Assembly (NCBI GenBank): GCA_964106645.2
Contig: OZ067039.1
DNA: 64,000 nucleotides
Strand: one strand, 5' to 3'
From: Podarcis pityusensis
Taxonomy: Eukaryota
How positions within the stretch are numbered: position 1 is the first letter of the stretch; each line of letters begins with the position of its first letter. The translations under genes were made by a program, and so were the position numbers. Below the pieces are notes generated by a model that was not told where the DNA came from, did no database searches, and saw nothing but the letters and a program-made list of their open reading frames with translations. Shown here piece after piece: positions 13,401 to 28,400 of this stretch.

Positions 13401-16400
13401 NNNNNNNNNNNNNNNNNNNNNNNNNNNNNNNNNNNNNNNNNNNAAACTTGTAATTATGTAATAATAACCCCTCTTCTGGCACATTCCAGAGGGAAACTTT
13501 TACTTCTGTAACACCTTCTATTCTCTTGCTGTTTTTCTCTCCTTAGGTTCATTTTTGTGGCACAATAGTTCATATTCTACCTCTGTTATTGTCCCAGTGA
13601 GAGAAACAGTACATGGCATGCCTCAGACCAGTGTTCTTCAAAATTGGGTTCCCAGATGTTGTTGGACTATCATCCCTGGTCCGCCTAGCCAGTCATCAGG
13701 GATAATGGGAGCTGCAGTCCAGCAACATCTTGTGCCCCCAAGGTTGACGAACACTACTTAATTATGTACACTTAACAGCTACAGTGCTGGCTTTCTGGAG
13801 ATTGTCAGCATTCCATTATTCCATTACTTGAATTTATGTGAAACTGGCACACTATAGAAATAGTCTGACCCATCTAACCCTACTTCTAAGTAAACAAGGG
13901 TAGAATTGGGTTGTTAGTCATCTAACCACATAGTGCTGCTTTGGTAGTGACTGGATAGTATTTCCTTTTCCAATCCGCCGCAATATGTCCTGGAATTTGG
14001 CTATGGCATACGTAATACGATCAGAACCCCACAAAGAATTATGACTCGGCACAAGGCAGCTGAGGGCATTTTCTCACAGGAATTTATATTAATTCAGAAC
14101 ATGTGCATTCAGTGTGCCATAACCGCTCTAGGCACCTGTCCACAATCTGCCCATATCTTCCTCCTGTATTCATGGCAGACACAGAAAACTGTAGTATGTG
14201 TTCAGGCTTTCTAGCTGAAGCTGGGAAATGAACTCTGCAGTTGGGTTTTACCTAGTTATTGCTTTTTGGTGTGTCTCCAGGTTAGCTTTGCCTGGGAGTT
14301 TGAAGGACATGCCATCAGCAGTGAGATGGTCTGGAGAAAGGAAGCATGAAAACTCACCAAAATGAAATAACTGGTATTTCCAACATCCTGAGAGTTTATT
14401 CTCTGTTGTTTTCTCTCTCCTGCTTCCTATGTATTTTGTGCTCGACCCGTTTATGAAACAGCAGAACATAAATAAATAAAAATAAGCCAGTGGGGATACC
14501 TGCTCCAGGCTGTGTCTAATCCCGGTATGTCATGGACACCACTTCTTTCTTTTCTCTTACACTAGCCCTTCCAACCACAGCAAACAACAGGGACTTTCTT
14601 GTCAGTAGAAAATAAATCAGCCAGCTCACCTTCTCATTGCCTGAAATCATTGTTAATAAGCACATCTCCTGCCATCCAACCACTAGCTCCGAAGGGGCTT
14701 CACCTTCCAGTTGCCCCTACAAAACTACCTGAAATAACCTTCTGAGGTAACTGGAATCTACAATGGATTGATAGTGCTTAGGTTCATTTGAAGGGATGGA
14801 AAGAGTTCTTCCTCAGAACTGGTGGCGGTGGGCTCAGGAATGAGGTCAGCTTATATGGTTTATCTGACAGGAAAGCCATTTGTTACAAAGTGAATTTGAA
14901 AGTAAACTACAGCACTGTATTACACAATTTGACCCTGCAGCTGCAGTCTTCACTAGGTCACTGTAGCCTCAAGCACATTAAAAGCTTAGGGTGGAAGGGT
15001 TGTATAGACTGTGTGCTCTACGCTCACCCAGGGAAGTACCCTCACTTCAATGGCAGACTTTTTATTCCTCATTTTTATCACACAGTGCCTGAGGAGAACT
15101 AATAATTCCCATTTCTCTCCTGTACAAAATCTACACAGGCCACAGCAATTCAGGACAAAAGGCGAATACACTTCTGACAAATGCAATGCAAGGTGAAGCC
15201 AAGAGTTTTGTAGTCCTGGAAGCAGCACAATACTCTATCTCCCTTCCCAACTCAATTTCAAACTGTAGGGTAACCAGCCTCATATACCACTGTACTTGAA
15301 TCTAATTAATGCATGAAAGGGTCAATGCCATAGAGCAAGCTGTAGTTTGGCGAAGGAACCACTAAGCTAAGCTGGCCCTGTCCTGCCAGGCTTAGCCTAT
15401 GTCACTTTCCCTCACCTTGGACAACCAATGGACAACCGATACTTTTGTTGTCACCACTCTAATGAGAATTTAGTGTATGAGGATTCCTGACCTGCTCTGG
15501 CTCAGCCACATGGCTTTAATCAGTCTCTTTTCTTTCAGACAAGAATGGAGTCTGAAATTAGTATTTTCCCCTATACCAATAGTTTAGGAATTTTCCCTGT
15601 TTTGTAACAAAGCAATGTTTTACTGCCGGTGCAACCTCTTCTGACTGCTGTATGGAAAAGCACATGAATTTGACCTGTGAAGAGTTTTGTAAGCAAACAA
15701 TTTTATGAGTTAGTAAATGTGTGGTCTCTCTTTGTACTAGGGAAATGGGATATATTAGGATTCACTGGAAAGGGTCCATTTTAAAGGCTTTACAGCCTCT
15801 ATTTCCATGCTTTTCTTTGAGGCATGCTTTGCCATGTTTAATCTCTACTGGGGTTCTCTCACCTAAGATTACTTGCCCCAGAATTTCCAACACAAACCAT
15901 GCCAAAGAGATAGATGTCCTATCCCCTGGTGCTAGCATGTATTCAGGAACTATGAACATCAGCCAGGAAAGCTCAAGGCAGCAGTCATTTGCAAATGCTG
16001 GCAGATAGGTCCCAAATGATGAGCTAGCTTTGCAACCAATACATTCTGCCCTAATTTCCTTGATTAAAGACATGCCTATCAGTGCCGCATAGCTTAGAGC
16101 ATCCAAGCCCAGCAGTACGCTCATCAGCAAAGCGCACCCTCACAGCTTCAGTTACTCAGGCTATGACTGTGTGTGCCATATTTCATTACTTTATACTTTT
16201 TGCTACTTGTGGCAGTAATGCTACTTACCTTTGCATTCTTCGCATTCATATGTGTTTCCTTCCTCATGGCATTGCAGGCTTCAGGTTTTAAGCAACTGAA
16301 ATAACAGTGATTCATTTCCCCTGAAATAATGAATTTGTGCAATTTCACTTTCCCCCCAATAAATAAAGGTGCAGTGTGCTCCAAAAGATTGGGAAGCACA

Positions 16401-19400
16401 AACACATTGAGAAGGGACTGGTTTTAAAAGTTTAGCTTAAAAATAAGAGCTGTTCAACAGTGGAACAGGCTCCCACGACAGGTGGTGGACTCTCCTTGTA
16501 AGTTTTTAAGCAGAGGTTGAATGACCATTTGTCATGTATGATCTAGCTGAGATTCCTGCATTGCAGATGACTCCCGTGGTCCCTTCCAACTCTACAGTTC
16601 TACAATTCAATGAGCAGCAGATGTAACCGGCAAAGTGTCTAGGGAAACACAACAGTCCAATGCTGCAAATTAAGCACAATCAAAAAGGAGAAGGATCTGA
16701 TAATGAATGCATGCCGAGGAAAGGTTGGGACGAGGAACTGTGTAAGATTTGCATCCACCCAACATTGTTTTTTATAGCCCCTTCAATGAAGCAAAGCTTT
16801 TGCATGGGAAAACCTAAAAGCAGTGTGTGCAGAAACTAGGGTGGTATGTGGACTGTGTTTCATTTTTGTATGACGATCAGCAGCAAATCATGCAACAACA
16901 AAAACATAGTCTGGTGGACTTTCATTTACTCAACCATGTTCCTTTGGTAGGATTTAAATGCTAAAAATAAAGAGAGAGACCATTTGACATGTCCTTTTAG
17001 ACAAAATCATCCAACCAACCAACCAACCAACCAACCAACAACAAACCAATTCCAGGAAGCCCAACTGAATCAGGGCCATGCTTCCTCCCCTCCTTCCCGA
17101 CGCACAGTACTTCCCTGATCAAAATTACTCCCCGTACAGAAAAAATGCTTTTATTTTTGTAACAGTGAAGGGAAAGAGAGAGTTGTGCGTGGCATTTTAA
17201 CTGGATGCGGCTGAGTTTCACCCTTTCCCCAGCAATGTTTTTCAGATAGCAAATTGTTCACTACCACCCAAGCTGCTATTTGTTCTGTTAGGGGAAAACA
17301 TACAACCTGCCATTTCCTAGGCAGCATAAATTTAGCAGCTATCAGCATGAAGCAGATAAGGTTTCTAAAATATGTGGCATACAGTCATTGCCATGTAAAA
17401 GAATATGAGTTAGGTTAACTGGTAACGCACAGCCTGGAATTTGACACAGCATTCACAACTTTATTCTAATATGGAAAACCTAGGAAGCAGTCCCACGCTA
17501 TGGGTGATATTCAACTAAATAATTGTTGAGAGGAATGACTTCATTAAGAGAAGGCCACGCAGAAGGTGAGAGGCTTAAAAGAACATTAATAACCAGAGGA
17601 CTATGGAAGAAAAAAGCCATACAGCAGAATCCTATTCACCAAAAAGAACTGAAAGCACAATGCCTGAGAGTTGACTCAAGCATCCCAAGGTATGGCAAGC
17701 TGGAGATGCCAATATACTATAGAACACATCTTGCTGGTCTTGCAACAACTATGCTGCCTCCTGGTTATTTTTTGAATGCAATCAAAGTGCTGGTTCTTAA
17801 AACGGCAAAGCACCCAAAAGTTTATTCCCCTCAATGGCTTTTTTTGGGGGGGGGGTTTGGGGGCTCTCCAAAACTGTGTGTGTGCATGTGTTTAGTGACA
17901 CAAGCTTCTTCTGAAAGGTTTCAGGGGGCATTTTTTGAGGGGTTGTTTTTTTTTTAAGTAGTACAGTAGTCTTTTTTAAAAAATCTTTAAATTGCATTCT
18001 TGACAAAACTGCAGTGGCACATATAGAATCATATAGAAAAAGCAGGGAAAGGTAGGGTTAGGGTGCAGAAGTGGTGTATCTCCGTTGGGCTTTGTCACCA
18101 CAGAGTTCCCCATTATGCTTGCAAAAAAGCACAGGTAACTGGAGGTTACTGCTGGTGGCATTCCTGTCGGCTATAGCCAGCATAAGCTCCCAAAATGGGG
18201 GGATTTCAGGGGTAGGGTAGAGGTGGGTTGGCCAAAGATCAGTTGGATCCTCAGTCACTCCAGCTACTGGTGATGAACCCAATCCGGGTCTCTCTGCCAT
18301 GCCAGCTTGGAGCTTCCATAGCAGAAAACCTCATTTTTTCTTTATTATTTTCTTTATTAATTTTATATACCACCCTTCATCCAAGGATCACAAAGCAGTT
18401 CACAATATAAAAGCACAAAAATGCATAACATAGTAACAAACAAAAACAATACCCCCCCCATCAGTGCCTCCCACATCGTCTGCTCTGACCCAGTGCAGGT
18501 GGCAAGGCTTTGACTATGGTGGTCCCTCCCCTGCTGGTCTTGGTTGGAGTTAGGATTGCTTTCGCAGTCGCAAAACTTTGCGCTCCTTTCCGCATGCTTT
18601 TGTATGGTGCATCTTATTGACCTGAAAAGGCCTTGAGACTGCTTTGTTAATTGCAGAAATTATGCTTCTAGAAACTCCCAAGTTAGCAGAAACCCATGAC
18701 TCAAAAGGGCAGTTAATGATCTCTTTAATTTAGAATTAAGATTATTACTTGGAAACCATTGCCGGCATTGAAAATATAGGTCCCACCGAACTCTGTGTTC
18801 TAGCATCTTTGTATTAAGAAGCTGAAGGGTTTGAAGCAAACTCTCCATGGGCAATTTTCTGCAGAGTTGTAAAAGAAGCTTTTATTACACAAAATGGCTT
18901 GTAATTCCAGAATGGTACAGTGGGCAAAACATTCACGAGAGCCTTATTCATAAGAATCATACACTTCAACATGTAAACTCTTAGCGTGGGTGGTTTGAAA
19001 TATTGCTTGATATGCAATCTTAATGTTATCCAAAATAAATTAAGAAGTAAGCCCTGATCAGCCAAGACCTCCCCGTGCCTATTCAGTGCTTCTGGACAGA
19101 TTTAGTGAAATGATCATGCTTGTTATTAATATGTGCTGTGCATGGTTAGCCAGCTAATGGGTCTGTAGAGGACAGTGGGTTGTATCCAAAGCTTCTGTTC
19201 CATTTGCTCAGCAGACTTCCATTTGTGCAATGGAGTTTCCCTCTCCTCTCTCTCCTCAAAATCTGCTCCAGAGGGTTGGGAGGTACCAGTGGTGGACGCT
19301 AAAATTTGTGACATGCTAAAATTTAGTGCCTTCCTGCCTCTTGTGCTCCGTTCTACAGCACTGCTGTGGTGTCCCCTGCAGCACGGCACCCAGTGTGGCT

Positions 19401-22400
19401 GAACTGGGCATGCCACCATAAAACCAGTTCTGGAGCAAATTGAGAGCACCGGGAGAAAAGAGGAAATAGAAGTCCCACTGTGCACAGTGCTGAATACAAC
19501 ACAGTATTTTCAAACTCATTCCATTTATAATACTCCATACCTGCTTGCCTTTCTTTCCGCTTTGACAAATCTAACTGAATTGGGACAGCCTGAAATAAAA
19601 AAATTAAATTTGGGCAGTAGAACCATGTTAATTCTGCTCTTTGGGCAACCCATGGCAAATTCATTTTCTCTTAGACTTCTAGGTCTTTCTTAACAGAGTG
19701 TAATAAGGATATAAAATTGCTGTACCAAATTACAAATCAGACCAATGTTTAGTGATTTAAATGGCAGTATCTCTCCAGGGTCTGTAAAGTTCACTTCAGC
19801 AGAGAAAAGACTTGGAGACATTGAGCTGTCATCAGCTGAGAGATTCTGTATCATAGTTCCGAATCTACTAAAACTGATTTGAAACCTAGAAATACACCCA
19901 ATTCACTCAGCAATATAGGGGGACCTTTGATTCTGGTTCAGACAACAAGATAAAGTAAAAAAGTACCTGTGAACAGATTCATAAAATGTCAGGGATCCCC
20001 TAAAGGCATAGGCACAAGCTCCTAGGAGTCCCCTCCTGTATTTTTTGAGGGGTCAGGACATTGCGTCGAGCCCCCTGAATCAACTAGAGAAGGTGGCACC
20101 TCTGCTTAAGGGCAAGGCAATCCTATGCATGTTTACTGCATAGGGGATTACTTCTGCAGTGGAAACTATGTATATAAAAGAGTTTTGGGCTGCAATCCTT
20201 TTAAGTTCACATACAGAGGCAAGTCATCTAGGGCTGAAGTTCCATACAGAAGGCAAAAGGCTTCTCACAATTGCAGAACAGACATTATGTTGCACTTGTA
20301 AAAGTGCAAGTTCTGCAGAACGAATAACTGAATAGGCATGTTTGGGGCAAGGTGAAGTCTTAAGTAAACTGGTCTCAAGCCATTAAAGGCTTTATATGTA
20401 TACCAATAGTAAAACTTGGCCTGGTAGCAAATGGGCAGCCAGTGAGCACAGGTATAACATGCTGACAGATGCTCACTAGTAGCAATAATTACTTTGCAGA
20501 ATTTGCAGTAACTGCATCTTAAGGATCAATTCTGAAAGCTCCACATGGAGTCCATTGCAACCTACCAATGCCTGAATTACTGTGGTTAAGCTATCCCAGT
20601 CCAGGAATTATCACAGATGTCATACCAGCTGAAAAAAGTGCTTCTCGTCACTGAGGCCACTAGGGCCTCTAGTGGCAAGTATGGCTCCAACAGCACCTAG
20701 ATTGTGTACCTGCTCCTTCACAGGGAATGCAACACCATCCAGAGCAAGCAACTGGCCAATTCCATGAACACAAGGACCACTCATCCATACAGTCTCTGTC
20801 TTTCCAGCATTCAAGCTCAGTATATTTTCCCTCACTGACCCATCACTGCATCCAGGCCTTGGTCAAGCTTCTGCATGTCTTCTCCTTATTCAGATGTCAT
20901 GGAGAAATAAAGCAAATGTCTGGTCCCAATGGCTACATGTAGATGTTAAACAGCACTGGGGACAAAATAATGCCCTACGGCACCCCATGGCATAACTACC
21001 GAAGATCAGAAAGGCACTCTCTGAATTCAGCCCAGTAAGTAGGGAATGGGACCACTGTAAGACTGTGTCGCTGATAGTCAGACCAGGAAGATATCATCAC
21101 CAAAAGCCAGAGAGAGAGAGATAAAGGAGAAACGCTGAACTCCCCTTATCACATTCCCAGTAAAGGTCACCTTGCTTAATTGTGTCTTGGCACGGCGTTT
21201 GAACTGGGCCTTTGACATGTTGTCACTTAAAGGGATTTAGACCAGGCAATGTGTTTTAATCACAAAAATGTTTTGTATGAGTTTTAATCACAAAAATGTT
21301 TTGTATGAGCATGTGGAAGTTTGGATGAGGGCCAGATGAAGGTTTAAAGCAGAGGTGGGCAACCCATGGCTCTCCTGAGATTGTTGGATCCCATCAGCTC
21401 AAGCCAAAATAGTCAGTGGTCACGAATGATGGGACCTATAGCCCATCAACATCTGGAGCTCTACAGGGTCCCCATCCTAGTTCTAAATGTATGGAAACAA
21501 AAAAAAAAAGGGGGGGGGGAGTTCTAAGGAACATAGCTGCTTGCCAATGTGGAGCTGATACATATTCCGAATGAAGGTAAGATAAGTGATACTGAAATAC
21601 TGCAGGACGAGAAGCTTAGGGAAATGAGAACACCCTTGGAGCATCAGAATGAAACACCACAATTATTCTGTGAGATAAATTCCATCCATATAACATAGAG
21701 GAATGCAGCTCCCTATCAACACCACTCCGAACTCTTGACTTAAAGATTCTCTTTCTGTAAATAGATTATTACCAAGACATATTCAGAGCCAAGGTACTTA
21801 TGTAACAAGATAAACTGCCCACAGAAAATGTTGTTTCCATGCTAATGTTTTTTCTCGTCTGCATATCATTTAATACCAAGCAGTGTTATATTTACTAATA
21901 GCAAGCTTGTTCTCCAAGTATGGATCCTTCTGTAGAAAAAAAACAGCAGCACCCACACACCACCCAGGTTAAAAATATATACATTAATTGGGGGACCCTA
22001 GGGAGAGGGAAACACAAAAAGCCCAATATGGACTGAGCATGCTCAGTGATCATGGAATGCTGACTGACTGCTGGGGCGGCAGTGGTGAGAGGAGAATAGA
22101 ATAGAGTATTCCTGGAATAGAATAGGGGTGAAGGGGGTGTGTGTTGCTGGGGCGCTTTTTCTCAGTGGCGGTGTGAGGAGGACACAACAGCCATGTACCC
22201 TTCCAATCAGTCCGATCAGTTTGTTACACGGTTCAGCTCTGCATAGCTCCTTTTTTTCAAGAAATAACGGATGAGGGAATGGGGGAGAGCCAGTGCCACG
22301 GAATGGGGAGTATACCCATGGTCTCAATTAGACTCAGCCCCCCTCAGAGCTAGCTGTTCACAAGGAGCAAAGCTCTAGTCTACCTTGGTCCTACATCACT

Positions 22401-25400
22401 ACAAGGCTAAAATATGTGCATATCCCATGCCCACAGACAAACCCAGATACATGTGTTGGCAGTGCACATGGTAGGGATACTGCAGTAATCCATCAGGTTT
22501 GATTTCTGATGCAGATATTGCTGTTTTGCTAGTGCACAGACAATTATCCTAACTCTTCTTGTGTCCAATTCTTCCTGATTTACTTTCTGTCCAGGGAAAA
22601 TAAAAAATTGGCAGCTACATGCACAAACCCTTGTGCAAGCCTGCAGAGATTGGGCAGGAGGACAGAGGCTGAAAGTGCATTAGAATTTGCAAGGCAGTGC
22701 ACTGCATTGCTCTCCACAGAATGCAAATTCTTTTCCACTAATGCAACTATTTGGTGCTCATGAATGGCTGTAACACACATCAATTTGAGAAGCTTTCTTT
22801 TCATTGAGGGGAGCAGGTGAGGATTCTGCAAACCTAGAAGTTGTTTGAGAAAGCAAGGAAATCCAGAACACTTTACTGACTTTTTGTAGATATCTAATAA
22901 CGTGGGTTAGGACTTGACAAAAATATCTGAAGTCTCACTGCATACATAGTTGCACCCCCCCCAAACAAAAACCTACCAGGACAGTGTACTCTGCTATCTA
23001 GGCATGGTGCAAAATGGAAACTGCTGTCCTGCCACTGCTGTCCTGCCACTGCTGCCTGCACTGCCCACCCCACTGCCTCTGGTGGTGCTGGCATCGGTGC
23101 TGATTTCTGGAGATATCTCACCGAAAGTCGGTGGCAGGGTGGGCAAGGTGTCCTGAGGGGCTGCACCTCAGCGGCTTCCACAGCCTGGCCTGACCCTGCT
23201 AGCATCGTAAGCAGATGCAGGATATGTAACCACCATATGCGGTCAACGGTGTGTCATTTAGAACAACCATCACCACTACACAGAGCATCAATTAACCTAG
23301 TCATGCAACACCTGTTGGCATGCCATATGTCGGAAATGGGATCATCACCAGAACATCATGCCCAGGGGGTCTCCAATCTTTTGGGGCCCATTTGCAAAAA
23401 ACCCACGAGGAGCTATCATGGGCACCACACACACTGCAATCAAGCACACACCATCACCTTGGCTACAACAGAATGCTTATTTCAATCATAATTTCAGTGG
23501 GAGGAGGGGACACCGTGGGTGGCAAGGAAGACCTCTCTGGGTGTATGTCCACATGCGCCACTTTGGCGGCCCCTACTATAGCCGATAAAGTTCTATCTAT
23601 GGCACATCATTGATCCCCATCATTGTTCACCCCAAACAGCAGGCACAATTAATAATTTTGGAGTGAAGAGTTCCAGTTATTTTAACAAAGCTTCACTTCT
23701 TAATATTTTGAGGTTGTCTGCAGTGTCATCTGGCTTTTAGGGGTTTCTAGGGAAGCTGCAACCAAAGTTTCAAAATTATGTTCTGTTACTTTGCAGATCT
23801 AAATGGCAAAAGAATGAAAACCGCCACTTGGTTATATCTGGGGATTTTATTAGTTCCTCCGAAATTTAAACTTCCTTCCCCCACACCTTCCATCCAACAC
23901 AGTGTGTTGATAAGAATAGCTGGAATCAGGCAGCCTAAACTGACTTTATTGCCCAGCTCCACCTCTTCCCCTTCATCCTAAGATGTTTCAACAAAGAACA
24001 CCAAGTCCCAAAGAGGATTTTATTCTTATCCCTTTAACATTAACAAAATTGGCCCTGCCACAAAGCAGAGAGATGAACGAGGATGATCAGACAGAAAGCC
24101 CCCAGTGACCCAAATGATTCTGCCCGCTTTGCACCCGGAACTTCCCAGTTATTAAAAAACACTGAAACGCAAACATGGCCTGAAACCATTACCATGGTAA
24201 CGAAGGATTCTGAAGGAAAGATACAAAAGAAGGAAGGGGCGGGTGAGGAGGAATTTCAACTATTCCTTAGGAAATACCAAACAACATTTTAGTGACTCAT
24301 CATTTAGCGATATTTGATTTTAAAGAAAGAAGTTAAGAGCACCAAAAAGAAACAGATTTCATTTTATGTTACTAGGGCTGACACTGATCCCTGAAAATGC
24401 TCATGATAAGCTATTTTTTTAAATTATGAAAATATAATTTTAAAAACTGTTTATTTTTAATTCAATGGAGATACAATACAGTATTTTTTTAAGAAAGGAA
24501 AAAGGGAAAGACCAAAAAATAAAACAAAAATGCATCATGGACATAGTAGGTGTACAAAAGGAAAAAAGTAACGTAGATATAAATTTTACAATACTGAATA
24601 GACACATACACAAACATATATATATATAAAACCTACCATCAATGAAAGAGCATTTGCATATTATTGTAAGGGGGAAGGAATAGACAAATGAGGTGAGTCA
24701 TGGATTAGAAAGGCAAATGAGGAAAATACCAGTGAAAGCTACTTCCAAATGAATTCATACTTTGCAGGGACAATGTTAAGATGGGGTGATTATTAAGATA
24801 TGCAAAAAAGGTCCACTAAATATCCACACATTCCTCAGGCTCTGCAGTTCACTGCAGCACACGCTGATGTCAAGTTTTTCCATGACAGCAATATGTGCAA
24901 CCTTCTCCTATAAAATTATTTCTATTACAGTTTAAAGTATATAAGAACAAGAAACAAACAACATATACAAAACTCTAAATCTCTTCCCAACATGGAATAG
25001 GTATAAGGTCTTGGATAAAGCATGAGGGAGACACAAAAGAAGAACTCCTGGTGAACTATTCAAAAATTGAATTACGGACAGCAAGGAAGCAATGATAATT
25101 TGTGAAGGGTTATCCATGGAAATAACAGGACCAGTGATTTACTTTTAGCTAAAAGCGCAAAACAACTCTGCCAGAAACAATTCAAGCACTGCTGAGAAAG
25201 ACCCTCCATTCACACAGAAAACTGCGGTTTTATTTTTTCCAGATGGGTGATTTCTGCCCCCTTCCCAAATCAGTATGTAGGGTATTTGTTGTAATTTACT
25301 TTGCAGAATAAATTTAGAGTTAACCTCATGTCAAAGTCTGGACCAGTAAAGCCCAGACCTTTGAAAAATGGTAGTCCAACTTCTTTACAGGACTGGGGCT

Positions 25401-28400
25401 GGATAAAAGGGATTAGTAGGATCCACTTCTGGAAAGGAACAGGTCCAAAAAAGAGGCAATATCAATATTTGGGCTGCGGCCATTTGGCAGAGAAGTACCA
25501 CAAAAACTTCCATTACAGCTGTACAAGCTAAACCTGTTCTAAGGTTAAAAAGAATAGACCTCAATCTCCACAACCGTCCATCTGGCATCTTCTGACAGCA
25601 CTAAGCTTGCTTAATGTTCCCACCTGATTGCAAAGCTACACAGGGGTGCCATAACCCTCTAGGCTTGTTCTCATCTAAACTCATTAAATCATCCTGATGG
25701 AGAGACTGGTGCTTAGTCACTAGGACCTTCTTAAAGCTAATTCCCTGCTACTGTTGCATCTTATTTGGTTCTGGCATTAATTTAATCAGCCATTCCTACA
25801 ATTCAATCAGGCCTGCACAATGACGAAAAGCCATTTCCAACCACTAAGTTGGAGGAAAGTAATCCTGCATCTCGCTTAGATGTCAGCCGAGGCCACAGAT
25901 GGTGGTTGGAGTTGTTCAGAGGCTGAGGGAATAAGTCATGCAACCACTGGGGTGGGGGTGGGAACTTTCACTCACTATCTTTTCAAGATCCTGCCTCTAA
26001 AAGGGCTTTGCAACTCCAAGCTCTCATTTTGATTTTTGTTTTCAATTTCTCTCCCTCCCTAACTGGGACAAACAAGGAGCTGAAACGCTTCAACTCTATT
26101 TCCCAATTAAAAAAGCATTCAGACACATAGACACACTAGAAATGATCAACATTTTTATTTTTTCGTCTTCTTCCATTTTATTTAAGATGCCAGACTTTCT
26201 ATTGGTATCACTTCCCCTTCAACCAAGTGGTGATATGTCTTCTGAATATCCTTTTTTCTCCTTATCACACCCATGTGGTTGGCCATTTGCAGTGTGCTTT
26301 TGGGTTTTTACAGAGTTCTCAAATGTCTTTGGAGTACAGCTTGAAAGTACAGTACACTTGCAGCATTTCTATAGGGTTCTTCTGGTTTAACTTCAGAGAA
26401 GGTTTAGGCAATTGTCTGCAGAGCATTGGTCATTTGCATAAACTCTTCCCTTCCTTCCATTATAGAGAGCTCTGCAGGAATAAAAAAATGTGTCTTGCTG
26501 TTCTAGTAATAGAAGCCACATCCTCAGATATGTCTTCCATTGTCTCCTAGCTTTTTCTCTGTAGGATTTATATTATTTGGGGTGTGTCTTCCAACAATTT
26601 TCAATCTATCTCAGCTTTTACCAACCTGGTCTCATCCAGCAGTTGTTGTTGGACTACAACTCCCATCATCCTTAATCATTAGCCATGCTGGCTAGGGTTG
26701 AAGGAGTCAAAAAATATCTAGAGGGTACCAGGTCACAGAAGGCTGAGCTATCTGAATGCATCCGTAACTTTTCTGATTGGTTCTCCTTTTTTTCTTTTTT
26801 ACAGAATCAGTTGCAAATGACATTCACGATAATTAATTTTGGAAAATAAAAGGCATCTTCACTGGGCTTTTTCTTTGGTGTCTTCTGGGATCTTTCACTC
26901 CCCGCCACCCGCCCTCAGCATCCTGCTAAGAATACCACTTCCTAAACTGTTGACATGTGTGTTTTCAGAACAGTCTGCTCTGTGTGAAAATAAAAGCTTC
27001 CCTAAGGCTCAGCCCTGGACCTCTTTCTCAGAACCTCTTCAAGGGATGGTCACACTCAAAGTGGGACAAACAAGTTTCTCCATCAACAGATGGGAATGGA
27101 GAGGAGGGAAGGATGATGCTAAGTTCATGTTGCTCAATACTGGCATCTTGTTGCTAAAAGAATTGTAAAAGAATTGCTTTTTTATGTATTCATAATCTGA
27201 GCCTGTTTTAAAGATGATGATAATTAATAATAATAATTTATTTGTACCCCGCCCATCTGGCTGGGCTTCCCCAGCCACTCTGGGCGGCTTCCTAAAAAAT
27301 ATTAAAATACAGTAATACATCAAACATTAAAAGCTTCTCTAAACAGGGCTGCCTTCAGATGTCTTCTAAAAGTCTGGTAGTTGTTGTTCTCTTTGACATC
27401 CGGTGAGAGGGTGTTCCACAGGGAGGGCGCCCTGTTTTCCTCCTCTCGGCATTCCCTCATCCTTCTTCAGGAAAGCTGAGTCCAGTTCCAGGTGGTTTTG
27501 AGTGAGACTTCCTTTTAAAAAGATTTCCTTCTTTCGGTATGAATCAGCAGGCTTACCCACAACATGGCCGCACTAGAACGCACCCAGGTCTGCTCATTGC
27601 CTCACTTTCCTACAAGATAATGCAGGCCAGAGTGGCTCTTTAAAGCAAGGCTACACAGCAGGGGTGGGGGAATGTGCGGCATCTTCCCTGACCACTCACC
27701 AAGCTGGCTGAAGCAGATGGAAATTTGATTTCCAGTGTATCCATAACATCTGGAGGACACTGGGCTGGCCACCCCTGCTGTATCAAAGTGTTTGTTACAT
27801 ATGTAAATATGCTTCTCTCCTCAAATCTTAGTACAGGAGCCTTCAATGTTTAACATTCTGGACTGCCAGTATTGTTCTAAGCCTATGTTAGAAAATGTGC
27901 TTTCTGTAGGCCAGCACAAAAGCTGAAGTTGACACTTCCTATCTTACCTGGGTTGGAAAGAGCATGCCACAGGATCTCCTTGGCAATAACTTGCTCACTC
28001 AGTACAGCAACCCAGTCCATTTATTTAAACCCTGTTTATTTTCACCAAAATCAAACATTTTTCTTTCTTTCACCATCTGCCAAAAATCTTTCACTAATGC
28101 AAAATCTATTTGATGGTCTGTGTCTGGATTTGTAGAACGAGAGGCTCCAGGGCCCATATAGGAAGCCATGCCTGCTGATGCAGAAGCTCTGCCTCCTAAT
28201 GCCAAATGTATGCAGCCGCCTGGGACAACTTGGGTTGGTGGTGAAAGCAATGGATTCTAAACATGCTGAAAGCCAGGGTCAATCACCCTCATTGTTGCAA
28301 ACATCCTGGAGGAAACGCTGCCTCTGTCACAAAGGAGTAGGTCTGAAATCAAGCTCTGAACTGCATATCAGTGCCTAGGCCAGTGCCTTTGGCCTCTGTT

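Noticed and set aside
13026-13511. ORFs containing X runs
   Set aside because: Artefacts of translating through the N gap
20949-20969. RE1-like CAGCACTGGGGACA in the L2 remnant
   Set aside because: Mismatches at both ends of the 21-mer; explained by the L2 ancestral sequence
27940-27965. Recursive splice site candidates YAG|GTAAG (also about 30277-30295)
   Set aside because: Weak pyrimidine tracts; such matches are expected by chance, and the intron is shorter than typical recursively spliced vertebrate introns
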